Notes: generated from the sequence alone by a model not told the origin. Shown: positions 29,938 to 40,647, numbered from the stretch's first letter. The stretch: DNA of 64,000 bases from an uncultured Thermoplasmata archaeon (GCA_963748615.1 CAVVJQ010000003.1:304599-368598); one strand, 5' to 3'. Numbers and translations: made by a program.

Positions 29938-32900
29938 TCAGAGATTCTGGTCTTCCGGAGGCGCTGGTTCCTCCATCGCGATACCATCGACACCAGAGTC
30001 GTTCGCACCGGACGACTTGCCACCCTTGCCCTTCTTCATAAACATTATGGCAAGAAGAGCGACAATCGCAAGCGCTGCCACGATTCCAATCGGGAGACCG
30101 TACTGCTCGATGAATGTCTTCTCATCGTCGTCGACTGGTTCCTCATTGATCGTGACGCTTACTGTCGCCTCATCAGTCTGGCCGGAACCGTCCCTGACCG
30201 TCAGGGTGACATCGTATGTGTCCGCTACATCGAATGTGAACGAGAACGATGCAGTGTATCTTGTCACTGTAGCATCCTCGTACACGAACGTCCAGGTGTA
30301 GTTCACTATGCCGATATCATCAGATGATCCAGTGCCGCTGAAGGTAACCGATGTCCCGACTGTCGCTGATGCAGGTGTCACTGTCGCAACTGCTGTCGGA
30401 TCTGCATCCGTAGAAGACGCCTCCACGGTGACCGTCACAGTTGTGGTGTCGTAGTTCCCGGCAGCATCTGTCACATTCAAGGTCACGATGTAGGCACCTG
30501 CGATGTCGAACTCGAACGAGACCGTCGCACCATCCAACGATACCGGAGCACCGTTGTAGGTGAAAGTCCAAGTGTAGCTATCGATACCCACATTGTCAGT
30601 CGAAGTCGTTCCAACGAATGTGACTGTCGCTCCTGCATCGACCTCTGTCGCGCTAGCGGAAGCATCAGCAACGGGAGACTGTGTATCCAAGACCGTCACC
30701 GTCACTGTCGCGGTGTCGCTGTTCCCTTCGTCGTCGGTCACTGTCAAGGTTATCTCGAATACTCCAGCGTTCTCGAAGGTGTATTCGACTGTCTCGCCGA
30801 TCAATTCGACTGCCACGCCGTCGGTGAAGGTCCACACGAAGTCCATCTCATCGTCGTAGTTGTCGCTGGACCCAGATCCATCCAGAGTCACCGTCGCATC
30901 CATATCGACTTCAGATTCGGAAGCTTCTGCGACCGCGACTGGAGCTTCTGTGTCACGAACGATTATGTCTATCTCGTCGGAGCCCTCGTTGTCCATCGCA
31001 TCCTTGGCCACAAGGGTCACAGTGTACGAACCGGGCGTATCGAACTGGTAGGACATGGACTCACCATAAAGGGTCACGATGACCTCATCCACCAGTGTCC
31101 AAGTCCAATTGACCACATCGACATTGTCACTTGAGCCGGATCCATCGAATGTGACTGTATCACCCATGTCAACATCCATGTCATCGGCCACTGCAACAGC
31201 GGTTGGGTCCGTTGCATCAGTGATCGTGACTGAGACCACATCTGGATCAGACTCCTGATCAATGGTGTCACGGACCACCAGGGTCACTGTGTATGTACCG
31301 ACATCCAGGAATTCGTACTCCGGCTGCGAACCGTACAGCGTGACCGACAGCTCCTCGATCACCCAGGTCCAGTTGACGACAGGGCCTGCATCATCGGAAG
31401 AACCCGTGCCATCGAACATGACGAGTTCATCCTCGGGTGCGGTTATGTCTTCACCTGCATCTGCGACGGGTGGAGCATCCGCCACGACCTCAATCGTTGC
31501 GGACGCGCTCACGTTGTGGCTCATTCCATCATCGACATATACCCGGCAAGTGTGCGTTCCGATTGTGTCGTACGCGTAGTCTACATCCTGACCAACAAGG
31601 AGGACGCTACCGTCGTCGTAGAAGTCCCACGTGTATGTCAGATCATCTTCGTCAGGATCGCTGGCATCTGCGTAGTATCCAGTCGTTTGACCTACAGCGA
31701 CAGTCTTGTCCGCGGGGTAGGTCGTGAATTCCGGCTCATAGTTGATGCCTGCAGGGCGGACGGTCGTCTTCGCACTGCTGGTCACATTGTGACTCGACAG
31801 CGAGAAGCCGTCATACACCCATACCTGGCGAGTGTAGTTGCCGACGACGGTGTATGTATGGGTTATCGAATTGCCGACGAAGTACCCTGTGCCATCGCCA
31901 AAGTCCCATGTGTATACGAGCGCTTCACCATCTGCATCAGTCGCGACTGCAGTGTACGTACGAGAGACATCTTGCGTCACGTTGATCCAGGTCAATGAAT
32001 TCAATACAGGTTTAGCGTTGATGAACGCATATCCTGCGGCAGATTCATTGTAACCCTTATTATCATCGGCCCACACCCGGTACACGTATCCATCCTCAGC
32101 TGAGGATTGGGTGTAGGTATGCGTAGTTGATCCACTCGTTGTCACAGATACCTTCTCATCGCCCCAATACCAGGTGTACTTCAGAGAGTCAGAGTTGGGG
32201 TCGACCACATCGACGGAGAACGAGGTCGCCTCATTTGTCGTACCGTATACCGTTGCAGGGTCCTCCTGGAATTCTGGAGGATCATTTGGCAGAACGACCA
32301 CGGATAGCTCAGATGAGACATTCGCTGCGCCGTCGGATGCATGCATATACACAGTGTGGGTTCCAGCAGCCTCATACGAGTGGGTGGTCGAGCATTCGAC
32401 CACCGAACCGGTTCCCGCAAAGTGCTCCACATAATAGCTTCCGTCACCGAATTCGAAGGTTATCGTCAACGGGTCTTCGTCCTTGTCGCTCGCGAGTCCG
32501 ACGAATACCAGGTCTTCACCACAATATGTAGCAGCGGGCGTTGAGTCCGTTATGGTGAACCCCTGGATGACCGGAACCTTGTTCGACATCGTGATGACGC
32601 TCACAAGTCCCGAATCCGAGACATTGTGATTATCCAGACCCGTCAGATCATCTACCCACACCGTCAGCGTGTACGTTCCTCTCGAATTGTAGGCATGGTC
32701 CGCTGATGAAGTGGTCGTGACGGAGAATTCCCCGTCGCCCCAATACCACGTATACCGCAGTTCATCCCTAGAATCTGGGTCGCTCGCCGTCGCGGTGTAA
32801 GTGTAGGTCTGCTTCGCGATCTTGTTCGCGTAGTCGGGAACCGTCACGGTTGGAACCCTGTTGGAAGTGACCGGCACATAGGCGTATCCCATCGTCGGCC

Positions 32901-35322
32901 TGTCGACCGCACCGATGTGCTTGTCATCGACAGAGACTGATACCGTAAAGGATGTCGCCGTGAGGAATTGGTGCGTGACCGTCTGTCCACCCAATATGCC
33001 TCCATCGCCGAAGTTCCATGTGTAGTAGAGAGTGTCGGCCTCCTCGTCGGTAGCGACACAAGAGAAGGTTATCTCAGTACCAGTGTCGGGATCGACTGGA
33101 TCAACGATGATCTCCTGGATGACCGGCTCGGCATTGGTCATATCCCTGACAGTGACCGTCGCCTTGGTCCATGTCATGAAGCCATCATCGAATCCATTAG
33201 ACAGACCATTCTCATAGACAGCGATGTAGACAGTGTATACACCGTCCGCATCATATGTGTGAGACATCGAAACGGTCCCGGTTTCATCAACGAGCACATC
33301 GGACGTCGCGCTGCCATCGCCCCAGAACCACTTCATTCTGAGCGGGGTCGTGTCATCATCATCGGAGACAGTAGCGCTAAACCCATTGATCGGTGTATTC
33401 ATGTCACCAGTCAGGGCAGCAGTGTATCCGTTGAATTGAGGAGCCTCATTGTCGGTCGGCTGCACCCTCATTCCGAGGTACTGGAATGTGACATCCGGAA
33501 GCAGCATGTAGGTGCTGTTCCAGTCACCGTAGTTCGACCAGTACTTCGTGCTAGCTGCGTACAGATCCTTCCTGAAGGCAATGCATTGGCAACCCATGTT
33601 CTCGTATGCCATCCTCTGCATGTCGTTTACAATCTCACGCCTGATCGAGGGATCCATGGTAACGAGACTCTCATTGTACAATGCATCGTAGGTCGCGTTC
33701 GACCAGTACACATCACTGTCTATGCCGATCGAATCGGTCGTCAAGACAGACAACACGCCAGTACATGGATCGTTCAATGGACCGAATATCCAGTCCCACA
33801 GCCAGATGTCGTAATCGGCTGCGTACCAGTAATTGGTCAATGTAGTACCGCTCACAAGCTCCAGATTGAGCTTGATACCGGCATCCTCCGTCCAGTTCAC
33901 AATCATTCTGGCGCCCTCTTCCCACTCTGTGGCAGAGTTGAGACTGTAGAACCTGAATTCGAGCGGATCGCCGAATCCACCAGTCGGCAGCGCCCTGTAC
34001 AATGGACACGTGTCGTCGGTCGCGGCCTTCCCCAGCGCATCATACTTCCAACCCGCATCGTTCAAGATAACACGAGCAGCAGCGGGGTCGAATGGAATCT
34101 GACTCTCACCATCTACGCTACCGTACTCGTAGTACCAAGGATTCACGTCAGGGACCAGAGATGTGGCAACGCTTCCGAGATCCTCCAACACTTCATGTAT
34201 GAAGTTGGGTTTATCAACGCACATCGCAATCGCCAGCTTGACCTCGTCTATCAGCAGCAGCTGGCTGTTCGTTCCACTCTTGGTAGTGCCGCCGAGCTGT
34301 GCTCTGAGATCATCGGTCATCTGGTTGAGGTTGAACTCATAGACGAATCCTTGGCTCTGGGCGAATCCAAGGACATATGGCGTGACATCCGCCTCGGACA
34401 CGTAGACCGAGGGGGAGACGCCGAGCATGACATCGATCGTACCGTCCTTGACATCCTGCCATGCAGTGCTCGCTTCGAGTTCACCCACGATGAAAAGCTG
34501 ATCTATATGCATCTGCCACCCACAGTTCTCTTCCATATACCAGTTCGGATTCCTTCGGAGCTCAACTGTGTTGGTAGTCGGCAGGCCGTCAGTGGCGTAG
34601 TACCATGGGCCTGAACCCACTGGGGGCAGATTGTCGAAATTCTGAGGGTTAACAGTCTCCCATATGTACTTCGGCAGAATCGGCATTGTGAATATATCGT
34701 TGTACGGTGCATATGGCTTGCACAATGTGAGAATCATCTCGTAATCGTTAACCTTTACCATCGAACCAACCGCATCGCCCATGCTTCCGTGGAGTCGGCT
34801 CAGATCGTTGTCCTGATACATCCACAACGACCATATCACATCGTCTATCGTGAGGTGTCTTGACTCCTTCACGATAGGGTCGGTGGGGTCAGGATCAGTT
34901 GGATCGCAGAAGTAGACGTTATCCCATATTTTGAAATTCCATGTCAATCCATCAGGGGTAGAACTCCATTCGTAAGCAAGATCCCCGATGACGTTATTGT
35001 CCACATCTCTTTGAAGAAGCGCGCTGTACAAACTCCAAATCACCATGGCCTCGGCCATCCAGGTATATGTATTCGGATTCAGAGTTGATATCGTCAGCTC
35101 ACCGCTCAGGCCCACCACAAATTGGCTTCGCTCGCGTTCGGCCGCGCTCGCCTCATCAACAATCTTCACGGCATCTCCGCCTGTAAGGAAGGACGGGATA
35201 CCGACCATCAATATCGCCAGGACAACTGCGAGTAGAGTCTTGGTCGCTCTTGCCCTGAATATGTTCCTACTCTTGCCAATACTATCCATCATTGATTCCC
35301 CCATTCGTACATCAGATTCCAA
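29938..35322 (-). CDS. giant membrane-anchored surface protein: signal anchor + family-5 solute-binding (Opp/Dpp-like) domain + ~12 PKD domains + C-terminal TM and short cytoplasmic tail
   Basis: 1794 aa. N-terminal TLLAVVLAILMVGIPSFL. An SBP_bac_5-like ~600-aa domain paralogous to the 5047-7686 product. Repeated WxFGDG/WxWGDG and VNWTW PKD motifs. Thr/Val-rich stalk. C-terminal LPIGIVAALAIVALLAIMFM followed by KKGKGGKS. TATA-like element ~65 nt upstream. Confidence 0.85.
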   Translation of the reverse strand: MESDVRMGESMMDSIGKSRNIFRARATKTLLAVVLAILMVGIPSFLTGGDAVKIVDEASAAERERSQFVVGLSGELTISTLNPNTYTWMAEAMVIWSLYSALLQRDVDNNVIGDLAYEWSSTPDGLTWNFKIWDNVYFCDPTDPDPTDPIVKESRHLTIDDVIWSLWMYQDNDLSRLHGSMGDAVGSMVKVNDYEMILTLCKPYAPYNDIFTMPILPKYIWETVNPQNFDNLPPVGSGPWYYATDGLPTTNTVELRRNPNWYMEENCGWQMHIDQLFIVGELEASTAWQDVKDGTIDVMLGVSPSVYVSEADVTPYVLGFAQSQGFVYEFNLNQMTDDLRAQLGGTTKSGTNSQLLLIDEVKLAIAMCVDKPNFIHEVLEDLGSVATSLVPDVNPWYYEYGSVDGESQIPFDPAAARVILNDAGWKYDALGKAATDDTCPLYRALPTGGFGDPLEFRFYSLNSATEWEEGARMIVNWTEDAGIKLNLELVSGTTLTNYWYAADYDIWLWDWIFGPLNDPCTGVLSVLTTDSIGIDSDVYWSNATYDALYNESLVTMDPSIRREIVNDMQRMAYENMGCQCIAFRKDLYAASTKYWSNYGDWNSTYMLLPDVTFQYLGMRVQPTDNEAPQFNGYTAALTGDMNTPINGFSATVSDDDDTTPLRMKWFWGDGSATSDVLVDETGTVSMSHTYDADGVYTVYIAVYENGLSNGFDDGFMTWTKATVTVRDMTNAEPVIQEIIVDPVDPDTGTEITFSCVATDEEADTLYYTWNFGDGGILGGQTVTHQFLTATSFTVSVSVDDKHIGAVDRPTMGYAYVPVTSNRVPTVTVPDYANKIAKQTYTYTATASDPDSRDELRYTWYWGDGEFSVTTTSSADHAYNSRGTYTLTVWVDDLTGLDNHNVSDSGLVSVITMSNKVPVIQGFTITDSTPAATYCGEDLVFVGLASDKDEDPLTITFEFGDGSYYVEHFAGTGSVVECSTTHSYEAAGTHTVYMHASDGAANVSSELSVVVLPNDPPEFQEDPATVYGTTNEATSFSVDVVDPNSDSLKYTWYWGDEKVSVTTSGSTTHTYTQSSAEDGYVYRVWADDNKGYNESAAGYAFINAKPVLNSLTWINVTQDVSRTYTAVATDADGEALVYTWDFGDGTGYFVGNSITHTYTVVGNYTRQVWVYDGFSLSSHNVTSSAKTTVRPAGINYEPEFTTYPADKTVAVGQTTGYYADASDPDEDDLTYTWDFYDDGSVLLVGQDVDYAYDTIGTHTCRVYVDDGMSHNVSASATIEVVADAPPVADAGEDITAPEDELVMFDGTGSSDDAGPVVNWTWVIEELSVTLYGSQPEYEFLDVGTYTVTLVVRDTIDQESDPDVVSVTITDATDPTAVAVADDMDVDMGDTVTFDGSGSSDNVDVVNWTWTLVDEVIVTLYGESMSYQFDTPGSYTVTLVAKDAMDNEGSDEIDIIVRDTEAPVAVAEASESEVDMDATVTLDGSGSSDNYDDEMDFVWTFTDGVAVELIGETVEYTFENAGVFEITLTVTDDEGNSDTATVTVTVLDTQSPVADASASATEVDAGATVTFVGTTSTDNVGIDSYTWTFTYNGAPVSLDGATVSFEFDIAGAYIVTLNVTDAAGNYDTTTVTVTVEASSTDADPTAVATVTPASATVGTSVTFSGTGSSDDIGIVNYTWTFVYEDATVTRYTASFSFTFDVADTYDVTLTVRDGSGQTDEATVSVTINEEPVDDDEKTFIEQYGLPIGIVAALAIVALLAIMFMKKGKGGKSSGANDSGVDGIAMEEPAPPEDQNL

Positions 35323-35619
35323 ATCATCGTGCGAATCTATTCGAAATCCTATTTATTCCATCATTCAACTTGAGTTTTATAGAGAAGTCGCACTAATCGA
35401 AATTGACCATGTACCGTAATCAGCAGGTCTAAGGCTCTGCGCGACTGGTGACCGCATCCGACCGCACTACTCCCCCGTGCCCTCTTAGAGAAGGACTAAG
35501 GAGTTAAGCTCGGGGCGCTATAAAATCCTTTTGAATATTGTCCATCGTATGATTGTCATCCAAGGGCATCATAGCGCAATACTGGCGCATCAGATTGCAT
35601 CTCGGAAGATAACGTACAA

Positions 35620-35650
35620 CCTGCACGGGTTCGAACGGCGGTCCGAACCG
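35620..35650 (-). terminator. imperfect hairpin downstream of the oppC-like gene
   Basis: ggttcgaac-ggcg-gtccgaacc is an 8/9-bp stem located 45 nt after the OppC-like stop. Confidence 0.3.
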
Positions 35651-35694
35651 TATGAACGGCACCCGCTATGAACGGGCGAGAAGCCTCTTCGAAA

Positions 35695-36654
35695 TCATCG
35701 TTTCCTTAGCTTCGGGTTCATTACCTCATCCAAGGCATATCCGAGCAGCGTGAAGCCCAAGACCACGAACACGATGCAGAGACCTGGCATTATGATCCAA
35801 TAGTGAAGGCCAATATGGAACGCACCCTGGCTGAACGCGTGGCTAAGCATGGTGCCCCAAGTCACGACGCCGATAGGTCTCATTCCGAGGAAACTCAGGG
35901 TCGCCTCCGACAATATGGATATCGCGACCGTCAAGATGGTGTTGGCGAACACCAGAGGGAATGAATTCGGGAGGATATGTCTTCGGATGATCTGCATGTC
36001 CCCCGAACCGATGGCACGAGCTCGCTCGATATACTGCCGCTCTTTGATCGAAAGCACCTGGGAACGGACCAGACGAGCGGTTCCAGACCATCCGGTCAGT
36101 CCAATGATCAGGATGATACCTGTGAGATTGATCTCTCCAAGGAACGCAGCTATGATGATCATAAGGACGAGCCATGGGATTGACAGAACGATGTCGTTGA
36201 GCCTCATGATGACCTCGTCCTTCCAACCCCCTACATAACCCGAGTATAGACCGATCAGCGCGCCAAGGAATGATGCAATCATCGCGGAGACTACGCCGAC
36301 GATGATGGAGGTCCTGGCACCATACAGAAGCTGACTGAATATATCGAACCCGAAAGCGTCCGTGCCCATGATATGTTCGCTAGATTGAGGCAGCAAGTCT
36401 TCGAACTGCCCCACGCCTTCCGGATTCACTGTGTAAGGAGCTAGGTAGGGTCCGAACGCCGCAATCAATGCGAAGAAAACCAACAGGCAGATTCCGATTA
36501 GACCCATCGGATTCCTCAGTACCTGCTTGGTCATCTTGCGCCAATTATGAAGCGTCAGTCGAATCTTCTCGTGGGTGACATCGGAGAGTATGCCCTTCCT
36601 GGAAGCTTTGCCTTTGTTGGTGTTATCACTTTCCATTTGGGTCACCTCACGCAA
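35695..36654 (-). CDS. ABC peptide/nickel transporter permease (OppC/DppC-like)
   Basis: 319-aa protein with a BPD_transp_1 core and an N-terminal OppC-type extension. Overlaps the upstream permease by 8 bp. Confidence 0.85.
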   Translation of the reverse strand: MREVTQMESDNTNKGKASRKGILSDVTHEKIRLTLHNWRKMTKQVLRNPMGLIGICLLVFFALIAAFGPYLAPYTVNPEGVGQFEDLLPQSSEHIMGTDAFGFDIFSQLLYGARTSIIVGVVSAMIASFLGALIGLYSGYVGGWKDEVIMRLNDIVLSIPWLVLMIIIAAFLGEINLTGIILIIGLTGWSGTARLVRSQVLSIKERQYIERARAIGSGDMQIIRRHILPNSFPLVFANTILTVAISILSEATLSFLGMRPIGVVTWGTMLSHAFSQGAFHIGLHYWIIMPGLCIVFVVLGFTLLGYALDEVMNPKLRKR

Positions 36655-37666
36655 TCTTGATCCTTGGGTCGATGTAAAGCAGAATCACATCAGCGAATAG
36701 GTTCGCTAACACGACCGCAGCGCCACCTACGACAATTATGAATTGCAGGATCGGGAAGTCCCTGTTGTAGATGGCATTTAGAGTTCTGTACCCGATACCA
36801 GGATAATTGAAGATCACTTCGACCTGATACGCACCGCCGATTACGAACGCAATGCCCATCGCGATCAGTGTGACCATCGGAGCCATACCGTTCGGTAGCG
36901 CATGTCTTCTCAGGACCATGTAGTCCGTCAACCCTTTCGCCCTCGCGGTCGTGATGAAATCCTCAGTCATGACATCGACGAGCGAACTCCTCATGACCAG
37001 AGACACGCCTGCCAAGGACCCGATCGACAACGTCAGAGCCGGTAGTATCAGATGCTCGAGGACGCTCAGCACGATCGGGAGCTCCCATTTGAATGTCGGA
37101 CCATAGGTGATGGTGTCGAAATACCTGCCAGTCGGCAGCTGTGGCCACCAATCCATCCCAAGCGGGTAGGAATTGAACAGAATCTGCAGTATGATGGCGA
37201 ACCAGAATATCGGCATGCCGTAGAAGAACAAGGATACTCCTGTCGATGAGAAGTCGAACGCACCACCCCTACGATATGCAGAATATGCGCCCACGGCCAT
37301 GCCGATGAGGGTCGTGAAGACGGTCGACGTCCCGACCAATAATAAAGTCCACCTCATATCGTTGAAAATGATATCTGCAACAGGTCGAGAATTTTGCATG
37401 TAGGATATGCCCCAATCAAGAGTCATCGTGTTCTTCATGTACACGATATATTTCTCGGGAAGGGATGCGTTCAGGTGGAACCGTTCCATCAAATCATACT
37501 TTAGAGCCTCGTTGAACTTCGGATCCCTTGGGACCATGGTATCGATGGGATTACCAGGCATCCAGTGAATCAGCAAGAAGTTCAATGTCATGATCCCAAG
37601 AATCGTTATGATTGCGAAGATCGACCGCTTGATTATCATCTGTCTAAACGAACGGGATGCCATCAA
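36647..37666 (-). CDS. ABC peptide/nickel transporter permease (OppB/DppB-like)
   Basis: 339-aa protein with a BPD_transp_1 permease core (EAA-like loop region ...ARAKGLTDYMVLRRHALPN). Confidence 0.85.
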   Translation of the reverse strand: MMASRSFRQMIIKRSIFAIITILGIMTLNFLLIHWMPGNPIDTMVPRDPKFNEALKYDLMERFHLNASLPEKYIVYMKNTMTLDWGISYMQNSRPVADIIFNDMRWTLLLVGTSTVFTTLIGMAVGAYSAYRRGGAFDFSSTGVSLFFYGMPIFWFAIILQILFNSYPLGMDWWPQLPTGRYFDTITYGPTFKWELPIVLSVLEHLILPALTLSIGSLAGVSLVMRSSLVDVMTEDFITTARAKGLTDYMVLRRHALPNGMAPMVTLIAMGIAFVIGGAYQVEVIFNYPGIGYRTLNAIYNRDFPILQFIIVVGGAAVVLANLFADVILLYIDPRIKIA

Positions 37667-39747
37667 CGATCACCTCTAGACACTTCGGTTCTCATTGCCT
37701 CGCGCGGTATATCGGTTCTCCTTCTCAGCATATTTCTAAGGGCAGCCTTGTCGGAAACGTACTTTTCCTTGAGGGCGGACCTGGCTCCATCATCCTTCGC
37801 GGATGCTCGCGCTTTCCGATATGACGTCTTCAGATCCTTCATTCGAAGCCTATACTCATCGAGAGTCATTCCATGCTGATCAAGCCACTTCCTGTAGCGA
37901 CCAAGAATCAACGCGCGCAGGGCAAGCCCACCGATCGATCCGAACAATATCAAGAGACCAACATAGTCCCATTCATCCCAGACACGGTCCGCTCTGGGAG
38001 CGAAGTTCGAGACTACAACTCGCATCGTGTAAGAGATATTGTGGAATCCGATACCGATCTGATTATCAGTAATCCAGACCATTGGATGGTATTCATTGGA
38101 CAAATCGTATGTGTAATTGACGGTGATCGTTACGTTCCCACTTGAATCGTAATCCGTCGTCTGAATGTGCATGATACTACTGTTGTCATCAAAATCCCAG
38201 TACAGGTCAATGGGGTCCATCTCATTGTCGTGTATTTTGAATGTGAAGGTGACGACAGAACCAGGCAATGCGTAGGTGCGTTCGGACATCCCTAGTGCAA
38301 AGGATACTATGCTCGGAGCCTGGTTCGTCGAATTGATCATGAGCAGAAGATATCTCGTCACTTCATGGCCGTCTCGACCGTCGGTGATGACCACGGTCAC
38401 ATTGTAGATTCCACTCTTGTTGTAGCCGTGGCTCTGGATGAAAGCGAAGGGAGCGGTCCCTCCACTAGATTGCTGAGTGACAGTGTCAGAAGAATCACCG
38501 AAATCCCAGACTGCAGTCATGACGTCCCCATCGACATCGTTGGCCCTCGCGGTGAATGTAACGTTCACCGTCGTGTTGACATCGTCGAGTATCAGTGTCG
38601 GTGCGGTGTAGCTGATGACCATCATGGCCAGTGGCGCATAGTTCAGCGTCACTGTGACCTTGGCTCTCACGGATATATTATGAGGGAATATCTGGTCAGG
38701 AATCAATGCATCACTGACGTAGAGGGTGACCGTGTAATTGCCGACTTCCTCGAAAGTGTGAGTGATATTGAGCGAGAGATTCGTGCCGGGAGGAGCAACA
38801 TCAGTATGGTAGACCTCGGTGTGATAGATGCTTACGCTGTTGTTGAATGTGAATGTCCATGTCAGAGCCTCACCCTCGAGATCCAGAGCAGAAGCATAGA
38901 AGGTCACTTCACTCATCGGACTCGACTCGTTCTTCGATGAGACTAGGGTGATGTTCGGCACGAAATTGTAGGGCAGGTTGATCGTCACATTTGTCAGGGA
39001 TGATATCATGTGCCCCTCGGAATCTTCGACTGTTACAGTCAACCAATAGTATATCGGGTCCGCCTCATTCCAGCCAGGAGCGACATCTGGATCCCATGTG
39101 TGTGTCTGATTCGCATAGACGCCTGATGCGGCGGGTCCGGTCGAGTTCGTGGCCACAGGCGATCCGTCACCGAAATCCCAGGTTACCGTCAGCTCGTCAT
39201 CATCAACGTCTTCCACACCAACGCTCAGGTTCACGGGGACTCCCGGATCGGCTGTCATTCCAGTAGGTAGACGGCGAGTGAAACTCGGAGGTGCATTCTC
39301 CACTACATAGACCAGAATCGTCTCGCTAACGGTGTTCGTTCCGTCACCCACGTACAGCTTAGCCTGGAAACATGTTCCTTGGGTGTAACTCAGGTTGCCG
39401 ATGTGGTCGTAGGTGAATTTCGTCACTATCGAGCCAGGATTAACAGTATTGTTGACTGAATATGGACTCTGAGTGTTGTTCGTGCTGTTGGCGAGTCTTG
39501 CATCGTAGAATATTGTGAAGGTAAGAGAAGAAGAAACATCGCTCGATGCGTTTGCATAGAATGTCACCTCATCCCCAACATATACGCGAGATGGACTGGC
39601 GACGAAATTGATGATTGTGCTTGCCTCGATGCGCGCAGGAATCTCAGACGGCTCTATATCATTCGTGAAAGGAATTGGCATGATGCCCATGATGGGCGAG
39701 ATCAGTGAGACCGACAGGAAAAGGACGGCCACCGAGATTTGGGTCAT
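37663..39747 (-). CDS. PKD/Ig-like repeat surface protein with C-terminal TM anchor and basic coiled-coil cytoplasmic tail
   Basis: Signal peptide MTQISVAVLFLSVSLISPIMG. PKD motifs VTWDFGDGSP, AVWDFGDSSD, LYWDFDDNSS. TM segment LLILFGSIGGLALRALILG followed by an Arg/Lys-rich tail. 4-bp overlap with the oppB-like gene. The alternative upstream start at 39915 would add a 56-aa non-signal leader. Confidence 0.7.
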   Translation of the reverse strand: MTQISVAVLFLSVSLISPIMGIMPIPFTNDIEPSEIPARIEASTIINFVASPSRVYVGDEVTFYANASSDVSSSLTFTIFYDARLANSTNNTQSPYSVNNTVNPGSIVTKFTYDHIGNLSYTQGTCFQAKLYVGDGTNTVSETILVYVVENAPPSFTRRLPTGMTADPGVPVNLSVGVEDVDDDELTVTWDFGDGSPVATNSTGPAASGVYANQTHTWDPDVAPGWNEADPIYYWLTVTVEDSEGHMISSLTNVTINLPYNFVPNITLVSSKNESSPMSEVTFYASALDLEGEALTWTFTFNNSVSIYHTEVYHTDVAPPGTNLSLNITHTFEEVGNYTVTLYVSDALIPDQIFPHNISVRAKVTVTLNYAPLAMMVISYTAPTLILDDVNTTVNVTFTARANDVDGDVMTAVWDFGDSSDTVTQQSSGGTAPFAFIQSHGYNKSGIYNVTVVITDGRDGHEVTRYLLLMINSTNQAPSIVSFALGMSERTYALPGSVVTFTFKIHDNEMDPIDLYWDFDDNSSIMHIQTTDYDSSGNVTITVNYTYDLSNEYHPMVWITDNQIGIGFHNISYTMRVVVSNFAPRADRVWDEWDYVGLLILFGSIGGLALRALILGRYRKWLDQHGMTLDEYRLRMKDLKTSYRKARASAKDDGARSALKEKYVSDKAALRNMLRRRTDIPREAMRTEVSRGDR

Positions 39748-40151
39748 GCGATTGTTCTTTCTCTTCGACAAATCAGCTGGAATTCCGAGAAAATGAATTC
39801 CTCTGAGCCCCCGACGATCCGAGTCCAAGCTTCTCTTCCCCCTCGAATAAGCGCCCGTACCGTGGATAATGAAGAGTGACCGCATCCACGCAATCGACGC
39901 GCGCCTCGACCGCACGAATGTCCTAACTCTATATAAAAGATAACAACATGATTATAATTATACATAGCACATATTAATTCGGTTCTGAATACAAACATCA
40001 TGTGTCCATCGCATCCGAATCGAACATCTGGATATCACCCACTTGCCTTCATTTTCCAGAGAGAAGTTCATAGTTCGAATAATGAACGAATGCTTGTGAT
40101 AGACACTTCGCCCATCGCATCGATCGCGGAAGGATATCCTCAGGTCCGCCT

Positions 40152-40478
40152 TTAGTCTTCCCGACGAACCTTGCGAACAACGTCCTCTCCTCGTCTGATG
40201 TATGACGCACCGATTATCCCGAACGAGGCGAACGCGATGGACACACCAGCAAGAGCAAACAACGCCGTCACGAGTCGAGAAGTCTCCGTAGACGGCACTA
40301 GGTCCCCGTAGCCGACCGTCGTTATCGTGCACACAGTGAAGTAGAACGAACTAGTCCAACTCCACCCTTCCATCAGATGGTAGGTCACCGTCCCCAGAGA
40401 GATCATACCAGAGAGTGCCAAGAAAGTCGCCGCGAGCTGAGCGTTGAGGCTCCCTAACGATATACCGAACAGCTTCAT
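40152..40478 (-). CDS. minimal two-TM potassium channel pore protein
   Basis: 108-aa protein. Selectivity filter TTVGYGD sits between two TM helices (KcsA-like pore only). Confidence 0.7.
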   Translation of the reverse strand: MKLFGISLGSLNAQLAATFLALSGMISLGTVTYHLMEGWSWTSSFYFTVCTITTVGYGDLVPSTETSRLVTALFALAGVSIAFASFGIIGASYIRRGEDVVRKVRRED

Positions 40479-40537
40479 GCACCGTGTATCTACGTATGAT
40501 AATCATATACCGTCGTTCGACAAGAGATTAAAGAAGG

Positions 40538-40647
40538 CGCGGGGAGGGGGATTTGAACCCCCGAACTCTTTCGAGCACTGGATGTTTGCCTGTCCCATCT
40601 GGGACGAGATAGCAATCCAGCGCCTTGCCGGGCTGGGCCATCCCCGC
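40538..40647 (-). tRNA. tRNA-Ser (anticodon GCU) with 26-nt intron after position 37
   Basis: Acceptor GCGGGGA/TCCCCGC. Anticodon stem CTGGA/TCCAG with loop TTGCTA|intron|A. Long variable arm TGCTCGAAAGAGTTC. T-arm GGGGG-TTCAAAT-CCCCC. Discriminator G. Confidence 0.75.

Noticed and set aside
32968-34614. 548-aa plus-strand ORF inside the giant PKD/SBP gene
   Set aside because: It is antisense to a strongly supported 1794-aa coding frame. It has no domain signal and no independent start context.
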